From NCBI RefSeq assembly GCF_964355755.1, contig NC_092676.1, positions 23,206,871 to 23,270,870 on the forward strand: a stretch of 64,000 nucleotides of DNA, given 5' to 3'. The notes under the pieces are model-generated. The model did not search any database. It worked only from the letters and a program-made list of their open reading frames with translations, and had not been told where the DNA came from. Below, piece after piece: positions 59,319-64,000 of the stretch; position 1 is the first letter of the stretch; each line of letters opens with the position of its first letter. This DNA comes from Antedon mediterranea (Eukaryota; Animalia; Echinodermata). The position numbers were made by a program, and so were the translations under genes.

Positions 59319-61239
59319 AAGAACATTGGAACACATTGCTTAACAACAGATTTTCACAAGTTTAATTGTTACACTGTTTACAGGGATGGTTTAGGCTTAT
59401 TGTGCTTCCGTCTGACAACAAAAGTAATCCGGTACATAATATTCGGGACACGCAAAACTTAAGTGAATTTCGTGTCCACTCAACTGTTTAGAACTTGCTA
59501 ACTGGTGACAATAACTTAAGTGGTTCTTAAACAGATAGATTACAAAAAGTACCAACTGTTATTGAGTGTTTTGATTTGGAGATTTAATTAGGTTCCTTAA
59601 TTAGTATTGTGTTTTAATTAATTCAAAACACGATGTTAAAACTCTTCAGAAACAGAAAATCAATGTATGAAAACAGAATAACTATTTCATGAAAGGAAAA
59701 ACCGAACGTTTATAGATTTGTTGGCTGTATAGCTTCACATTTAAATTGCCAATTATTTTACTTTTAAATTAAATATTTATTAAGAATTTATATTTATCAG
59801 GGAACATTTATAAATAACTTCCGATCAATCTTGATTTAGAGGAGGAAACAATTTGTTCTGCGTGTATTTGTTTAATGTTTTAGTACGTGTTTTCTACAAA
59901 GTGTTAAAACACATCATTTTGTAATATTTTGATCTTCAGAAATTAATTTCGGACGATTGTCGAAGGTGAAACTATCGCGACTTCAGTGTGTTAATATTGT
60001 TTAGATCTTAATCAACATTATGAAGTAAAGTACTGTAAACTAATCGCAGAAAATATTCTTTAATTCGAGGTGATCTTTAAATGAAGAGGTCTTTCAATTG
60101 AAGGATGACTAAATTATGAATCAATTAATACTAATATCTGAAACGTTGTTATTTTGGAACCTTCCTTATTGCATGTAATTATGATTCACATCGTTAGGAT
60201 CGCCTGTGGGTCTCCAAATCTGACGTCCACGTCTTAATTGTATCTCAATTATAAACAGTAACAAAGTTGATGTTGTAGGAAATACGACTTGATTGTACAA
60301 ACGTAGACCTCATCACGTTCTAAGTTTATCCAAATACTAGTTGCCATGATGATAGACAAAGGAACACACCGGCTTAACCAATCATTACGTTTTAACTTCT
60401 AATTTTGAGTCATCAAAGGTGACGAAATTGTAAGGACATACATCAAGCCCTTTTATTTTGCGGTCTCATAAATTCAAAATTGAAAGTTTTTGTGTCTCAT
60501 TTTCTCCATAAAATTAATTAATTGTCTATTTATAATGCACTATTCTATTAATAATCTTTATTCGTCTAATTTTGTTTGCGATTTTTCGATCTATATTTAA
60601 TAAGGTTCATTTTAAAATCAAATGCCATAGGCCTATCCATTTGAGGACATTCAGAAATTTTGTTTCCTCAATATTTTCTAAATATTTATTTATTGTTGCG
60701 GTGTATATATAAAATACTTTAAAATTACAAATTACAAAGCTGCATAAACATGCTTTGTATTACATAAAAAGTCTTAAGTTCACATTGGGTTTATATTTAT
60801 TATTTATATTATTTTATTATGTTTTTATTTTCACCGGCAGTGAAATAAAAAAAAGGCCTAAACATTAATTTAAATATAATACATATATTGTTTTACTTGA
60901 AACATAACGGCGCGTAAGGAAATGTGAACATTACCATTTCTGTGATAATGCGAATGTTTTAGTCTTTAATGTCCATCGTCGTGCGAACGTGGACAATTGA
61001 CCACTAAACACGTACATAAACCTGCAAGATTGTTTTTTTAATTGACTAACACAGGTTTCATGTTGAAATGAAAACGTGAGCTATTTGTACTAGTGTGAGT
61101 TAATTCAAAGTAACTATAATACTACTTCCAGCAATCGTTGATACTAGAAACAACAGTGAATTTTATGGGTTTCTCAATATTATAGGCTAATTCTATTATT
61201 TCAGAAGGTTTATTACTAGAATTTACCGTAATTTATTAA

Positions 61240-61560
61240 AAATGTATTATCCCCCAAAAACGTGAAAGTGAAGATTAATTAAAACGAATATGACATTTTT
61301 ATTATTTTAAATTAAATAAAAGTTTATTCGCTTCCGTAGGAAAAAAACAATGTAATGGTTTCACTTAGACCTATATAAAAAGACAGAATTAACTTTCAAA
61401 TTTAACCAAAAACCAATTATTTGACAGACAAATTAACTATTATTTTAAATTACAATTGTTCAGGTAAATAACTGTTTTCGATCCCATTTTTGGTAAAATT
61501 TAATAACTATTATGTGACAACATTGAAATAGATATATTTTTTTCAGGGGGCAATATATCT
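61240..61560. mobile_element. Family-C (Kolobok-like) MITE
   Basis: TTAA|AAATGTATTATCCCCC ... GGGGGCAATATATCT|TTAA. Confidence 0.65.
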
Positions 61561-64000
61561 TTAAAGTTTCAGTTGTTTTTTAATAATTTTTTTGTTTTTC
61601 ATTTTACTTTAACATTAAATAGAAAATAGTTAAAATATCAAGAAATCGGAATGATAATAATAATGCCATAACATTAGACAAAATACATAATAGCGACCTC
61701 AAGTTTTTCTATTTACAACAACTTTAATTTATAATAAACTTATTCGTTATCGTATAACTTTATTCGACGAGTTAATGTCGTCATATAGTTCAATATTAAT
61801 TTTTTCTATACCGAAAAATATGAAAATGTTCGAGTACAGTTTTCGAACTGCATACATTTATAGGCTACAACGATTTAAATGCGTTCCCTGTGCGTATGTT
61901 TAAAGTTATATGCCTACTCTAGATTAGATAGTATAGATATTTTTATCAATTTTGATTGAAAGTAATCAAATTATTGACCAAACCATAATTCTTCCATGGT
62001 ACAAATAAAACATATAATTCGTTAGTTTATTCAGAGAAGAGTGAAATTACAGTGTAGTGTAGTTCCCTAGTTTATCGTATAGGCCTACAATTGTGCGGAA
62101 CCGAAACGTTTATATTGCATAGTATGATAGTCAATGTCTGTCATGAGTATTCCTAGGGGAATGATAATTTAGGAAATGCATAGATAAGTTAACGATAAAC
62201 TGGGATTTAAAGATTGTCCCGACCAAATTGTCCGTCAAGATGGGCTTGGCATACAAATCTATCATTTCTATTTAAACGTTTCTCGATATAAAATCCATCA
62301 CCGGCTACGGGTCACACCTCAAAACTTAACCAAAAGCATATACGGAGGTAATACGTTAGACCTATCTTTCAATATCAGACATCGTGAGATTATGTTAGGG
62401 TCAAATCAAATTATTTTTCGAAATAGAAATAATTGATGTCATATTTGTGTTTGATTGATGTGAATTTGTACAAGTGGATCGGTCTGTCAAGTGGAGTAAT
62501 ACGATTTGTCAAAAACACTTTTTTTATCACAATACTATCGAGCGTAATATTGCTTAGCTCTGTATGATACAACAGACATTTTGTAAAATGTACTGAAGTA
62601 TAACGAAACAAGGCACTAGTGATACAAACGGAATTTCGTAGAATTTACTAAATTATAACGAAAAAATGTGCATAATATTCGAATTTTATATTTATATTCA
62701 TAATTATACAATACTTTTTATGATTATGATAAATTATATACATGAGTTATACAAACGAAATATCTGAATAAGTACAGTAGTCCTTTACATTATTAATAAC
62801 TATAATATAAAAGGTATAGTTATAGTTAATAGTAAAATATTTTATAATTGTTTTCTGATTCTATGTTTTTTTGTAATATATTGCATGAATGCATCTAAGA
62901 CGGTGTTATTCACCTTATACTTTCGTTGATGTCTGAGACCTTGAAGTCCGGACATCTAGGCCTCTGTAACTCAGGTGAGGGCGAAAAACATCACAGTGCC
63001 GAGCACACCTGGCGGTCGTGTGGGTGCAAATAACCAGCCTGGAGTTGTGCGACCTTCAATGTTGTTATTTCAACTCGATGTTAGCTTCAGCTATTGTCAT
63101 ATTATATCTATCTAAGTGAAGGAACATGCCGATTACCCGACGGAAGACTTTCGAAACATCCCAGGGCGTGTTTTTGAAACTCCGCCGGTGGGAACGACAA
63201 TCTTGGACATCGAAACTTAGGCTTAAATTGTCTTATTTACGTGCGTGTGTTTGAAAAATATACCGCGTGTTTTTACCCGGGAGTTATATCAAAACTCGGA
63301 CATAAGTCTTTAGATATTTTTGTTTTATAATACCACACAATATTGACCGGTTTAAAGTAGAACGCGACCAGCCACTGGCATTTTCGACGGCAAAGTATTG
63401 AATTCAAGTTGACGAAATCACGCCCAAATGGTCCGATTTGTGATGTTACCAGAAAGATATCATTTTCGCGGCATTATGCTATAGGCTGAAAGTTGGTATC
63501 AGACGATTCAGATAACTGTGGTTACAAAACGACAGATAGGGCGAGTATGATCCCCGGTGTATAACGATTAACTGGAAAAAGTAATTGAATTAATAGGAGG
63601 TTTTTTTCGTTTGTTTCTCTTTTTTTTAAACAGTAGTAGGCTACCGTACCCCTTTCTTTAATAGTAGTAGTAGTATTTCCCCCTCGATCCGTTTTTATTT
63701 TCTCTTTAAGTAGGCCTATACGTTTTATATGTTGGCATAGTTTCGGTTTATTTACAATGTCGGAAACATGAAAAGAACACAATATATATACATTTATCTA
63801 ATTAAATTCATGATTATTATTAATTATAGGTACTTTAATATGGAAAATAGCAAAATCTTTTTTTTAATGAATTCTACCCGCCTGTTATTTATCAATTGCA
63901 TAATTGATGGTTTCAATTGAAAACAGTTAATTGTTTTTATAATCGCTCTCCTTTCAAGATCAAAAACGTATTTTGATATTTGTTTAAGTAATCTAACTAA

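Overview
AT-rich, intron-containing metazoan genomic DNA. The SINE families and gene set suggest an invertebrate deuterostome, possibly an echinoderm (inference). Gene models were built by hand from GT-AG junctions and frame continuity. (1) A tandem cluster of CD225/dispanin (IFITM/PRRT1-like) genes on +: a last-exon remnant at 644-802, a 4-exon copy at 1995-5161 and a copy at 15338-16191. (2) An intact 14-exon NOX1/2/3-type NADPH oxidase (CYBB-like) on +, 17747-28227. (3) An 11-exon holocarboxylase synthetase (HLCS) on +, 31598-38205, with an in-frame 21-bp coding minisatellite. (4) single-minded (SIM) on -, 44104-50253, tail-to-tail with HLCS as SIM2/HLCS are in human; its bHLH exon was not found and probably lies beyond the window. 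The most striking structure is a 5.4-kb TAG...CTA DNA transposon (Academ-like, 3-bp TSD CTG) inserted into the last coding exon of a CD225 gene, whose first three bases form the in-frame stop codon. The window also holds L1/Tx1, Rex/Babar, RTE and CR1/L2 fragments, tRNA- and 5S-derived Deu-domain SINEs, several MITE families, minisatellites, and a 315-bp intronic palindrome with a Penelope-type minimal hammerhead-like motif. I found no CRISPR array or prokaryotic system and no clear evidence of a wholly new biological system.
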